DNA of 64,000 nt from Dipteris shenzhenensis (Eukaryota). The position numbers were made by a program, and so were the translations under genes. This document shows positions 11,590 to 24,461 of this stretch, piece by piece (positions within the stretch are counted from its first letter, which is position 1; each line of letters opens with the position of its first letter). Under the pieces are notes generated by a model, which ran no database searches, was not told the DNA's origin, and saw nothing but the letters and a program-made list of their open reading frames with translations. The stretch is taken from assembly GCA_047967505.1 (NCBI GenBank), contig CM106538.1, one strand, 5' to 3'.

Positions 11590-14500
11590 CGTGACCAGGT
11601 CAAGGTGTGAGGGATCAACTAGCATCGGTTGGTTAGATAATAGAAGGTAGACTTCGACCAGTTGGCCTTGATGGTACTTCGAAGGTTACCAAGGAGCTTC
11701 GTTACGACTGTGACTGCAGGGTAGAGGACCAAACCTCTGACTTTCGAGGAGTTGGGTCCATTACTGCTCTAGGAAGAAGCTAGGGAGAAGCTCTACAAGA
11801 ACGACAACAATGACAAGGCTCGCAAAGGATACTGCTGGCAAAGGAAAGGGAAAGCCTAATGGTGGCAAGCCCAAGAAGGATGACTCCGGAGATAAGAAGA
11901 GGAAGCAAAAGAAAAAGTGTTCTTATTGCGACAGGCCAAGCCATTTTTGCAGAAAAAAGAAGGCGGATCAAAAGAACAAGGAGGAGTCCGACTTAGATTC
12001 AGATGGTGATACAAAAGCCAAAGCTAATGTGGCAATCGGAAAACTGTTCATGGTGACATCTCCATGTGTTATTGAGGTAAAATATGCCGACCTAGAAGTC
12101 ATAGTGAAGATGTCTGACATTGAGATGTGGGCCGACGGGGAGTTAGAGACCTTTGTGAAGGTGAAGGACAGCATGGAGTGCTTGGAAACTTCCAGGTGTG
12201 CGGCTGTTGCTAGTGACACGAGGGTGGATTCCAGGGAGTGCCCTAGAGTTTTACGTTTAGATGGTGGTTGTAGTAGGATTACACAGGTTATTCGTATGTG
12301 CCTCGATGAGGTGCATGGTTTGCTTTCAAAGCAAGCAAACATGCAGTACGAGGTTCTGGGAAGGAATGGGCCTTCTTGGAAGGCAAAAGGGGAAGTGTGG
12401 GTGCTTCTTCAAATCTCAGACGCAGGTTGCTAGAAGGTGATTATGGCCAAGGTGTACTGAAGCCAGAAGAGTACTTACTTGAGAGCTCAGTAAGAGTTCG
12501 TGGTCCAAGTTATCTGGAAATATTCTTGGGATGTCATTTCTCAAGATGGTTCTTTTGTTGCGGACCTTGCCAGAGGAAGGACGGGTTGAAACAAACCCTT
12601 AGAGCATGGTGCCTAGAAGACTCCAGGTTGTTTACTCACTATGAGGGGGACAACTAGAAGAGCGTGGCGTCTGGATTGCTCGAGTTCGAAGGCGGGCACA
12701 TGAGTGGCGGTGCCATCTGGTGCTACTGAGGATGGATCTGTGTACAAGGATGGTTTGCTTGTGCAGGAGCAGCAGGAGTCCTCGGACTGCCCAAATAATG
12801 TCCTAACTGTACCCAAGATCAAGTAGGCATCTAAAAAATCAAAGCTAGGGATGGGAATCGACACCGAATTGTCCTAGAGGGTTCCAACTTGGGAGCTGTT
12901 GGGGCAACGTCATTGATGTGTTGGCATTGGGCTGAGATGTATTGGTGAGAGGGGGTGTTGGAAAGGTCACCTCCCCATCTTTAAGCCCCCAAATGAAGAG
13001 AGCGTGGGGGAGGGAGACCTAGGGCAACATGTGCCCAGAAAAGAAGACTGCCATGTGGGCAGGGATCAGAGAGAGAAATGGCGCCAGCATGGAAAGGCAG
13101 GTGTGGCCTGGGCAGGTTGTTGGCCTGCAACAAGGCCTTGAACAGGGCGCAATGGATGGCAGGTTGACAGCAGATGATAAGGTCTGGTTGAAGGGCTGGA
13201 CCAAGGCTGGAACCTGCACAAAGAAAAGGGGCTGGAGAAGGCCAGCGAAGTGGCGCATTCATGAGCAGGGCAAGGGCCTACAGGAGGGCCTGGCAGAGGC
13301 AACGGGAGGGGCTGCAAAAGCGCAGCACCCTGCCCTTATATAGGGCCATGGAACTGGCTGGTCGGCCAGATTGGTCAGACATATGGCCCAGCCCACAGCC
13401 CAGGGGGGAGTGGTGTTGGAAAGGTCACCTCCCCATTTGTAAGCCCCCAAATGAGGAGAGCGTGGGGGAGGGAGACCTAGGGCAGGATGTGCCCCAAAAG
13501 AAGAGAGGCGGGTACCTGGCTGATCTGCAGGAGCATAAGGCGGAGCAGAGGACAGCAGTAGGGACCCAAGAGAAGAGACCACTGATGACATCAGCAACAG
13601 TACGGAATAGTACAGAGCTGAGGCGCACACGTGGCAGATCAGGAGAACAGGATAAACAGGTGCTGACATGGCAGGTCAGGAGCGCAGGTGTATGGGGCTG
13701 CCAGTGGGCAGAGGCATGCCTTATATAGGCTGGGCCCTTGCCTAGATTGGAGGGCCAAAAGCTCTAAGAGTGTGGGCCATAAAGGCCTAGTTTTGTGAGC
13801 CCTTAAAGGGCTGGACCACTGGTCGGCCAGTCTGGTCAGCCAGTATGAAGCTGGCTGGTCGGTTTTCTACAGCAGGCCTTAGGGCTTATAAAAGGAGAGG
13901 CTTGTGGCCTCATTTCTCATCCAACATCCAGCAGAAAGTGGAGCAGACAGGAGCAGCCTGAAGGCATTCCCTTTGGCCTCATCTTGGAGGTAAAGGAGAG
14001 TTGAAGGAGTGCTGCAGACTGAGTTCCCTAAGGGCTGGGACCTTGGCTGTCTACTAGGGCAGCAAGGTGTTGTGATCATCATACCTTTTGGAGCAGCCAT
14101 TCACAAGCAGGTTGGAGCAGTGGAACAGGGACCTGTGTGCTGCAGACAAAGCTTGGCAGGGGCTGCCCACCTAGGCTGATTCACAGGCAGTAAGGTGGAG
14201 AAGAACACACTGGACAGAAAGTCTACAGACGCTCGAGGTGGAGCACGCGGGCTCGAGTCTAGAGATAGCCAGCAGATAGGAGAAGGACCTTGTGGTTAGA
14301 TCAGAGGACCACACCATTGGTGGGACTCTGGATCTTTCTCTCTTGTATTGTGTCCATAGTTTGGATGGAAATATATATTTTGGTGGTTTCTCTATCTGGC
14401 CGGTTCATTGTCTATTGATGAGTCTGCACATTTATTGAATGCACATAAGTAAAGAAGTTTGTGATTCCACACCCACACCGCACACTGTGTGAGCTCGTGG

Positions 14501-14682
14501 GCATTACTATAAGTCTTCCGCTGTGTGTACCCTCTGTTGGGTTATTTTCTAACAAGTGGAGCCCAAGATATAGGGATGGTGGGGGCGGTTTTTGGAGGCT
14601 GAGTGGGCACACACAGTGTGAGCTCCTGGGCTATTCTATCAGTATTCCGCTTTACGTACCCTCTGTTGGTAAATTTCTAACA
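11590..14682 (+). mobile_element. 5'-truncated gag-only (copia-type gag) LTR element with 3' LTR 12956-14682
   Basis: Gag peptides (LALMVLRRLPRSF, LTFEELGPLL, CSYC..PSH); PPT GAGAGGGGG 12947-12955; LTR TGTTGG...CTAACA interrupted by a solo LTR; start approximate. Confidence 0.8.
13414..14554 (+). mobile_element. Solo LTR (gag-only family) nested in a related LTR
   Basis: TGTTGG..CTAACA, TSD AGTGG (13409-13413/14555-14559). Confidence 0.9.
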
Positions 14683-15946
14683 GCCCTTACCGCTTCGTCC
14701 ACACCTTCTCGCCCTGATGCTTCTCCTTGGGACCATTTCACACATAGGAGAAGGGGAATCCCGTATTTCATTTCTCTCTCATATCCTATGGCAGGCTGCA
14801 TGCTGCCCATGTGGCAACCCATATTCTCGTTTTTGTCTCTGCCCAAATGGCATCTCTGTCAAGCCCTTTTCTGCCGCAGGTCCTCCCCCTCCATGTCCTC
14901 ATTTGGGGACTCACAGGTGGGGATGAATTTGGATGCTAGACAAGCAGGTCATCGAGGTAGATGGCTGCGTATATTGCTTTCAGGAGAATGCTGTTTATAG
15001 GCCTCCAAACCTTTCATCAGCAAACTGTGAATTTCTCATTATCCTTCTGCTTTGGAATCCTGTTCATAGCCTTCACATCTGCAATTCCTGGCAGGCCATG
15101 TACAATCTTTTTTGCATTCTTCTGCTGACCTTGCAAGATTACTGCTTTCAAGTTCTGGGAAAAGGCAGTCCCATGGGTGACATGGTCAACGGTGAACTCA
15201 CAATTGTTGTCGATTTGTGAAAGTCAAGCATATGCCTTCCAAGGTTACCTCTATGTCCTTATATGTGCCCTATAAATATGCTTTTGGGTTGTTAATTCTG
15301 TTGGAAAGTTTTGTTAGAATTGAAACAGCCGTATCTGATCTGCTAGAATGCAGATCTCCCAGAAGATTAACTTGAGAAAAATGTGGGCTTGTATGTGCTT
15401 AAAATTGATGTACAATGTATTGCAGGAAAATTCGATAGTAGATGACCCTGATAGGATGCTTTCCTACAACTATGTGTCAATGAATTCTCAGATCTACCTA
15501 ATGAGCTGTGTCCTAAAAGAGAACCCGATCGTTCAGTTATCTTGGAAAAGGAACAAAGCTAGTTAATAAGGTTTCATAACGGGTCATTCAGGTCGCAAAA
15601 GGCAAGGTTGCGAGGTACAGTCAGAAAGACACAAGCAATCTCCTTTTGTCATGTGGAAGGGTCATTCAGATTATGAGGATAATTTGGCTGCTTCAGCTTT
15701 GTAAGATTTGTAATCATCTGCAATTCAATAACATGGGTTGCATATAATCATCAAAATTGAAACACGCTAAGATTGATTCACATGTCAATTAGGAAATTTC
15801 TTCCTTTAAAAAAAAACTTAAAGTCCATACTTTCCAGTTTTCCACCGCTGCAATGAGCTGTCTCAGGTGTATCTCTTTTTTCATAAGAGCATGTGACGAA
15901 TGTTTCCAGGCTTCATTATCATTTGGTATTTGAATGGTGTTGACAG

Positions 15947-16183
15947 GGTGATGTTGAATCTATTGCATCAAAGAGTCCAAAGGAGTTAACAGCCCTTTTT
16001 GAGCAAATATCTGGTTCAGACGAGTGTAAGAAAGACTATGAAGAATTGGAAGTACGCAAAGCTCATGCAGAGGAGAAGTCAGCATTCGCATACCAGAAAA
16101 AAAGGTCCGTGGCTGCTGAGAGAAAGCAAAAGAAAGAACAGAAAGAAGAAGCAGAGAAACATCTTCGCTTACAGGGTGAGCTG
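15947..16183 (+). CDS. SMC1: SMC1 exon ([15 protein letters not shown]...[10 protein letters not shown])
   Basis: AG/GT bounded, 237 bp, conserved SMC1 peptide after the Q-loop. Confidence 0.93.
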
Positions 16184-19100
16184 GTATGATAACAAGCCTA
16201 TTTCCATGGACGGCAATTGGTACAATTTTGCATAATAGTAAAATACCTAGTACACTCATAGTGCGGTGTTGGGATCTCGTCTTGTGCGCACATTCGTTCA
16301 AGTCAGCCAGTCCACATACTTTTTTGGCCCTGCAAGGGTCCTAAGGGATGATGGTTAGTGAGTTGCTAATCAAGGGCCATAGTTTTGAAGTTAGTTCATT
16401 TGGTCAATTTGACCTTGCAAATTATGGCTAGTATGAGGCTTAAATGTGGGTTAGTAGAAGTTTAAGGGCTCCTAATGTGTTTAGGGTTTAAGGTTTTTGT
16501 TTGCTTGTGGAGGTCCTAAATGTTTTTGTCTTTTATCCTAAAGCTTTTGTCTTTTGTTAAGTATTTCTCTCTAAAGATGGAGGCTCTCTTTGTCTTTGTA
16601 TGACACCACATTTATATTAGTCTTGCCATGTCCCCACTTTTATTTAATGGCCCATCCACCACACTGTTAGAAAATACCCAACAAAGGGTACACGCAGCGG
16701 AAGACTTATAGTAATGCCCAGGAGCTCACACAATGTGTATGTGGGGTGTGGAATCACAAACTTCTAAATTTGTATGATTGGACTTATTCTAGTCTTACAA
16801 AGGTATATTTTTCTATCGCCTTAGCGGACATGCAAATTCTTTGAATTTTCGTCCAAGTGGTGATCAGCTGTTCAACTACATCGTTTTGTCTTACGCGGGT
16901 GCAGAAGCCCCAACAGCTAATCTTATTCTCATTTATTCTTATTATTATTTTAATCTTTTTGTTTATTATTTTTTTTAATTTTTAATTTTGTCTTTCTTTG
17001 TAGATTTTTTATCTTTAGAACAACAAAAATTCTAAATTTGTATGATTGGACTTATTCTAGTCTTACAAAGGTATATTTTTCTATCGCCTTAGCGGACATG
17101 CAAATTCTTTGAATTTTCGTCCAAGTGGTGATCAGCTGTTCAACTACATCGTTTTATCTTACGCGGGTGCAGAAGCCCCAATAGCTAATCTTATTCTCAT
17201 TTATTCTTATTATTATTTTAATCTTTTTGTTTATTTTTTTTTTAATTTTTAATTTTGTCTTTCTTTGTAGATTTTTGATCTTTAGAACAACAAAAATTCT
17301 AAATTTGTATGATTGGACTTATTCTAGTCTTACAAAGGTATATATAAAACTTCTTTACTTATGTGCATTCGATAGATGTGCAGACTCATCAATAGACAAT
17401 GAACCGGGCAGATAGAGAAACCACCAAAATATATTTCCGTCCAAAACTATGGACACAACAAAAGAGAGACAGATCCAGAGTCCCACCAATGGTGTGGTCC
17501 TCTGATCTTACCACAAGGTCCTTCTCCTATCAGCTGGCTATCTCTAGACTTGAGCCCGCGTGCTCCACCTCAAGCCTCTGTAGACTTTCTGTCCAGTGTG
17601 TTCTTCTCCACCTTACTGCCTGTGATTCAGCCTAGGTGGGCAGCCCCTGCCAAGCTTTGTCTGCAGCACACAGGTCCTTGTCCCACTGCTCCAACCTGCT
17701 TGTGAATGGCTGCTCCAGAAGGTATGATGATCACAACACCTTGCTGCCCTAGAAGACAGCCAAGGTCCAGCCTCTAGGAACTCAGTCTGCAGCTCACCTT
17801 CAACTCTCCTTCACCCCTAGTGTGAGACCCAAGGGAGTGGCTCCTGGCTGCTCCTGTCTGCTCCACTTTCTGCTGGATGTTGGATGAATAATGGGGCATG
17901 AAGCCCCTCCTTTTATAGGCCTAGGGGCCTGTCAAAAACCTGACCAGTCTGTCCCAATCTGGGCCGACTGGACAGACCAGGTTGGCTGGCCCAACCGACC
18001 TGGTTGGCTCAGCCCAACCAGCCCTTTAAGGGCTCACAAAACTAGGGCCCTTTGGCCCACACTTCTAGGGCTTTTGGTCCTCCAATTAAGGCAAGGTCCC
18101 AGCCCTATATAAGGGCCCTAGCCAGGCCCTTTTGGGCTGCTGCTGGAGACTCTATTGCAGGCTGTACTCCTGCCCATAGCCTCTGCCATCTGCCCTGTAT
18201 CTTTCTTCATGCAGGTGCCTTCCTGCTGCAGCATCCTTGCCTCCTGCCAGGCCTTCACCAGCCCCGTACAGCCACGTATGCATACCGTGCCCTTCCGTAC
18301 TGCTGCGCCGTCTGTCCTTGCTGGAAATCCCTGCGCAATCAGGCTGCTGCAGGTCCCTGATGTCTACATGTCTGCCCTGTACATCGGGAGCTCCATGACT
18401 TGCCAGGTACCCTTCTTTCTTCTTTTGGGGCACATCCTGCCCTAGGTCTCCCTCCCCCATGCTCTCCTCATTTTGGGGCTTACAGATGGAGAGGTGACCT
18501 TTCCAACACACACACACACACACACACCCCCCCCCCTTTTCACCTCTTTTCTCTCCTCTCTTTCACTCATCTATCTTTCCTGATATTCCTTCACCTTCTG
18601 TTGCTCTTTCTCTTTTCCTTTCCTTCCAATTTACACCTATCGTTTCCTTTCACAAGTTATTCAAAATATTTATTGAGCTACTTACACTGGGACTTATAAT
18701 GACACTCCAAAAGGCAGGGCCATAGTGGGATCCCCACCTTGTTTGTTGTAATGCATCAAAGATGAATTAAGTAGCTTTTGTCCTTACACCAAGAAAGAAT
18801 GTGGGATCATTGGTGTAAGTCTTTAGGTGTGAGCTCTGGAAAGATTTATTTTTTGGAAAATAACTAGAATTCTAGTACTACCTCATGGTGAATAGGATGT
18901 TTCAAGAGGAACTAGAGTAAGTACAATAGAAGTATATACCCTTACAATGTAATATTTGCATTAAGAGTTTGTCGGGTTAACTAGGGTCCTACAAAAATGC
19001 ATTCTAAGTATATATTATATAAGATCTAAATATCTTAGTTCTCTCCTTAAACGTGTCAAAGTGTCTCATTAAAGGTGATATTTATTTTGACATCTCACCT

Positions 19101-22100
19101 CTCTCATAGAAGCTTGCAAAGCTATTAGATGCACCTTTAGTCCCACTATTGTGTTTGGTATGGATAGTTCCTTTATTGTGTCTGAGATTAGTACTAAATC
19201 ATCTGCATAGAAATAGAAAGCTTGCAAAGTTGTTAGATGCATTTATCCACGATTGTGCTTGGTATGGATAGTTCCTTTATTGTGTCTGAGATTAGTACTA
19301 AATCATCTGCATAGAAATAGAAAGCTTGCAAAGTTGTTAGATGCATTTATCCACGATTGTGTTTGACATTGGTTGACTTTGAGAGTGAAGGAGGGGTGAG
19401 AGGGGGCTGAGAGGGAACTGAGAGAGGGAGGGCTGAGAATGAAGGGGAGGCTAGGGCTGAGAGAGAGCTGCAGAAGGGAAAAGGATGAGAAGAGCTGATA
19501 GAGGGCTGAGTGAGGGTTGAGAGAGGGCTCACCAAGGGCTGAGAGAGGCAAGGTGTGCTAACTAAGGGCTGAGTGAGGATTGAGCTGAGAGAGGCAAGGG
19601 GCTGAGATTGTGAGAGAGCAAGACTTGAGAGCTCTGGTAGACCAAAGCAAAGGCCTATCCAAAGGAGTTGCGTGCAGCGGACAGCATCTGGAGGCACCAA
19701 AAAAATGAAAACCCCCATAGCCAAAAACATCCCCAAAAAAAAAAAAGAAAAAAAAAAGGGAATTCCGAAAGTCCCAAAAAAAAACACACAAGCGCACCTT
19801 ATGATTTGAAGCGTTTCCAAAATGCCCTGAAAACTTTGAATGGCACCTTATGTTAAGGTGCTCGCACCGAATTAACCATGATGTGGATTGTGAGAAAACT
19901 AGAAAAAGCAGGTTTGGAAAAGCTATAGAAAGCTAAAAAAGCAATTTCTAGCATCTTAGTTTTTAACTGCAGTATTTAGTTAGTTATTTCTGAATAAGAA
20001 GAGTATTTTGTACTCAGTTTAATGTTGTAATTATGTCTTTTAAAAATTTAATTAATTATTCTACGTCCTTTAAAATCTTTGTCCATGACCCCTCTACCCA
20101 TGCAATTATATTAGTAGCCTAGGTTTGCTAGGCTCAGAACTTGACCTAGAGAACTCTGAAGCCATTCTTTAGACCTCGACGTGCCCTAACTAATGTGCAT
20201 GTGAGCGATCAAGGTGTTGATCCTGGTTCTGAAGATTTGCCTCACGGTTAAATACTACCTACCCTCATTAAGCCAAAGCATCGTTTCCCAACACACTGAG
20301 GCTCACCCCCAAAGCCAAACTGAAGGTGTTAGGAATAAACCATGAGAAAAACCTTGTGGATGTGTGAAGCATTATCAGTCTTGTACGGCATGTTGATAAT
20401 TGAATATAGTCAAATGACCCATAACTTCACTAATCTGAAGTACATCTTATGCACCGGATGTGACTATCATGGATACTAAAGATCCATTACCATATTGTAG
20501 ATGGTGTAAACAAGACCATACTGAAGATGGAAAAAATAGGTCATACTCGATGGTAAATTTATATTGAAGATGACAAATCACTCGGAAGGTGATAGATCAC
20601 TCTGAAGAAGATAGAGTCACACTGAAGGTGACATGGATACACCGAAGGTGTCATGGACACACTGAAGGATGGTGATCGGAGCATGTCCAAACTGTACATA
20701 ACCATGCGCACAGGATTTCTAGAAGATAACCAGCCAAGGTATGAACTCTTGTCACAAGAACTCACACAAAGAAAATGAACATATGGTCATAAGTAAAGCA
20801 AATGGAAATAGCCTTCTCCTTTAGTGCTAGCCTTTGTCATGGTTGAGTTTGCCCTTCACCTCCGGAGTGCCGACAGAAACTCAGTACGAAGACTTTGTAT
20901 AAATGGATGCTCAAGTATGTGTGGGTGTGTGGATTTGTATGTGTGAGAGCATACTTTTATACTATGGTCTACCCCCACTGTTGGGCGCTGATGACGTCAG
21001 TGGGGATGTCATAGTAGCTAGTCCCTGCTATGCGTGATGGAGTTAATGGTTTTCAATCTTATGAGTGACTATTGTGAGATTGAAACTGCACTATGTTGTG
21101 TTTTTAGAGGATGAGTTTGGGAATGTTCCTAGATTCATCTAGGTATAGGATATCTAACAATGATCCATAAATGTATCGGAGACAAAGTGTAGGCCAGCTG
21201 GCATAATGAGTACCGGCTCTTGTCAAATCAGCGATGTCACACCGTGAACTTGAGATGATATTTTTTAGCGCACACCTTTTCTTAGTTTGATACATGCACA
21301 ATATATAAACGTATATGATAATGCTTTTGATAAGATAATTTTTTTGGGTTTCTTTTTAGGTTATGCTATCATAATATGTGTGGTGTAATTTTTTATTCTT
21401 TTTTCTTATGTGCAGAAATCTTTGAAAACTGAGTATTTTCTCTGGCAAATGTACAATATTGACAAAGATATTGAGAAAACTCAAGCAGAGTTGGAGATTG
21501 ATCAGAAAAACCTTCAGGAGATTAACAAGGCGCAAGAGCAATTAGAGCTTGAAGTCAAGGAAAAAAAGAAAGAACAATCTGTTTTTACGAAGGATGCATT
21601 GCTTTGTGAAAAGAAAATTGCAAGAAAGAAGGCTGAACTGGATAAAAAGGTGTGTATGCTACTTCTGAACCCTTTTCTAAAAAAGTTTACTCTCTTGGAG
21701 TAATTGTTGTGAGCAGTCCTTTTGGCAAGGGTACGAAATCTTTGGTGGCTATGTTTATTGCTGGCTGCTCTGCTGTCTCTAATTTGGAAAGTTACTGATT
21801 CGACTTTTAAGTAAAGTAACACTATATTTGGGTACCGGTGTCTGGGGCCCTTTAAACAGACATACACACTTGTCCTTGGTTCTAAGATTGTTTGCGATCA
21901 TTACAGGTTGCCTTTTGGAATTTCTGTCATAATCTCCAAACCTTATCTTCTTAGTTTATGTGTTTGGATGGTGCAGCATCCTGAAATCCTGAAGCTGAAG
22001 GAAGAGATTACGCGGATAACACAGAAGATAAAAAATAGTGAAAAGGATTTGGAAAAGAAGAGGGAAGAGCAGAAAAAGCAGAGGAAGGAAATTTCTAAGC

Positions 22101-24430
22101 TCCAGAGAGATCTGCAAGATGTTACCGCTGCCTTAAATGAGCTTAACGAGCAAGGTAGCGAAGGAACAGGGCCACTGCAGTTGGCTGAGAGCCAGGTGCA
22201 GGAATATCATCGGATGTAAGGCTTCCATGTCTCTTTTGAAATTTGAATAATATCCAAGTTGTAAATAATTTCCATGGAATGGATTAGGTCATTTATCATA
22301 TCAGCTTTGCCATTATTTTGAAGTTCCTCAATAGGTCAAGCGATGCTTAGCACTTCTTATGAACACCCATATGGTAGTACATAGGTCGAGTCTCTTTGAG
22401 ACATTCATGTGTGTGTGTGCGCTTTTTCAACACATAATAGTTAAGACAGCATATGAAGACATACCTCTTTTTTTGGTCCTATCCCACAAGACGGCACCTC
22501 ACACACTTCTTCAGCATTGTGAAACCAGTTGCTACTGATATGATATAGTTTCTTGCTAAAAGGGAAGAAATGTACTTGCAAATGCTTATACACATCCAAA
22601 AGCTTCCATTCGATGCCATTTAGTCTTCATCCATTGCTCACAATGGTCTCAAATTCTATTTAACTTATTTTCTCTTTGGTCTTTTTCCTGGTCTGAATGG
22701 TAAGACGTAAGGTCCACTGCTTAGATGTAAGATCCATTGGACCATATGTCAAATATCTTTGGCTCCACTGTGATGCATGCGTTCTAAGCACGGGTGTTGC
22801 TGAACATGGCAGCAAAGAGGAAGCTGGTACAAAAACTGCGAGGTTGAAACAGGACAAGGAGGTGCTTGACCGACAGCAGCAAGCTGATGAGGAGGCAAAA
22901 AATAATCTGGAGGAGAATCTTCAGCAGCTTTATAATAGAGAACAGCAACTAGCTTCTCAAGAGGACCAAATGCAATCTCGTATGAAAAGACTACTTGAAA
23001 CAGTCTCAAAGAACAAAGAAGATTTTTCTCAGATTCGTACTGAGCTTAGTCAAATGCAAGACAGACACCGTAAATCAAGGTGACTGGGCAACAGCTTGCA
23101 ATTATTTCAAAGCAATGATTTAATTTCACACATTAAAGAGATTTTTAAATCCTATTTAGCAGTGTGGTTCAATCCTACAACCATTAGCTTTTCTGCGAAG
23201 GACATTTGTACTGGGTTATATGGAATTCTGTTATTCAAACCAGCATAGGAGTAGACCTGACAAATTGGATGCATTTTCTTTGCAAACAGGACAAAGTATG
23301 ATAATTTGAAAGCCAAGGTGGATGAAATTGAGAATCAGTTACGGGAGGTGAAGGCAGATAGGCGCGAAAGTGAGCGTGATGCAAAATTGTCTGAGGCTGT
23401 AGAGAGCCTTAAACGTCTCTTTGCAGGGGTATATGGCAGAATGACAGATCTTTGTCGGCCGATACAAAAGAAGTACAATCTTGCTATTACTGTGGCCATG
23501 GGTAAATTTATGGATGCTGTGGTTGTTGAGGATGAACATACTGGCAAGGAATGCATCAAGGCAAGTGTCCCAGCTTTATAAAAATTTGGGCTTACCTTTC
23601 CTGGCTTCCATTTTGCTGGCCTTTGTGTGCTGTAGTGGTTATTACTGTTTGTAAGCTGTTGGACTCAATTCTGTACACTTACTTTTGAGTCTTGACTCTA
23701 CAAAATTCTTAAAGTGGCCATTTGGAAGACTTAAAAAAGAATGATATATGAGCGATGATCATGGCATTTAGGACTCATGTAATTGATATTGGTTTTAGAG
23801 GCTTGAGATTGTCTTTTGCTGTAATGCAGTATTTGAAGGAACAGCGTCTTCCTCCACAGACGTTTATTCCGTTGCAGTCAGCTCGGGTAAAGCCTATTCA
23901 GGAGAAGTTACGCACGCTTGGAGGGACTGCCAAACTGGTGTATGATGTTATACAATATCCTTGTTTGGGCATGCGTGCTTGGTCTATCTTGTGTCATTTT
24001 GTATGTCTGTTCTCGTTACATTCGGTTGATCTTTCTTAACTGTTAGAACGTTTGATCCTGCTCTGGAAAAAGCAGTACTTTATTCTGTGGGCAATACACT
24101 TGTATGTGACATTTTAGAAGAAGCAAAAGCGTTAGCATGGGGACAGGAGCGCTATAAAGGTAAGCAATGTATAAAGTGCACAATTTGTCATCAACGTCTG
24201 TCTATTAAGGAGTGTTTGTTTTATCTTGTGTTACACGATTTATGCCCTGCAGTGGTAACACTTGATGGAATATTGCTATCAAAGTCGGGCACAATGACTG
24301 GGGGCATTAGTGGTGGAATGGAAGCTCGTTCACAAAAGTGGGATGATCGGGCAATTGAAGGTATTCTGTTTTGTTCTCAAGTCCTACCTATTGTAGCTCT
24401 ATGGCGCACATTGCTGTTTTATGTGTGTTT

Positions 24431-24461
<31 letters not shown>

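Larger units (their letters stand above)
16665..18508 (-). mobile_element. Solo LTR (gag-only family) in an SMC1 intron
   Basis: Reverse-complement homologue of 13414-14554; TSD CACAC (16660-16664/18509-18513); carries the family B insertion. Confidence 0.9.

Noticed and set aside
16826-16870. Minus-strand CTGATCA...GGACGAAA resembling a hammerhead
   Set aside because: Core G is replaced, stems I and II do not form, it is not conserved in the family A copy, and G.U pairs favour the + strand
16762-17346. CRISPR-like repeat-spacer array
   Set aside because: The 'spacers' are identical to each other and the context is eukaryotic; it is a tandem repeat
13019-19856. Many 60-180 aa ORFs in LTRs and low-complexity DNA
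   Set aside because: No recognisable domains; they overlap LTRs, microsatellites or the antisense strand of real features
20200-20290. tRNA/SINE-like A and B boxes on the minus strand (also ~47700-47770)
   Set aside because: Too degenerate, no cloverleaf or TSD; at most an old SINE remnant
20327-21159. Possible solo LTR (TGTTAG...CTAACA) hosting the third insertion
   Set aside because: Flanking 5-mers (GAAGG/ATGAT) do not match and there is no second copy in the window
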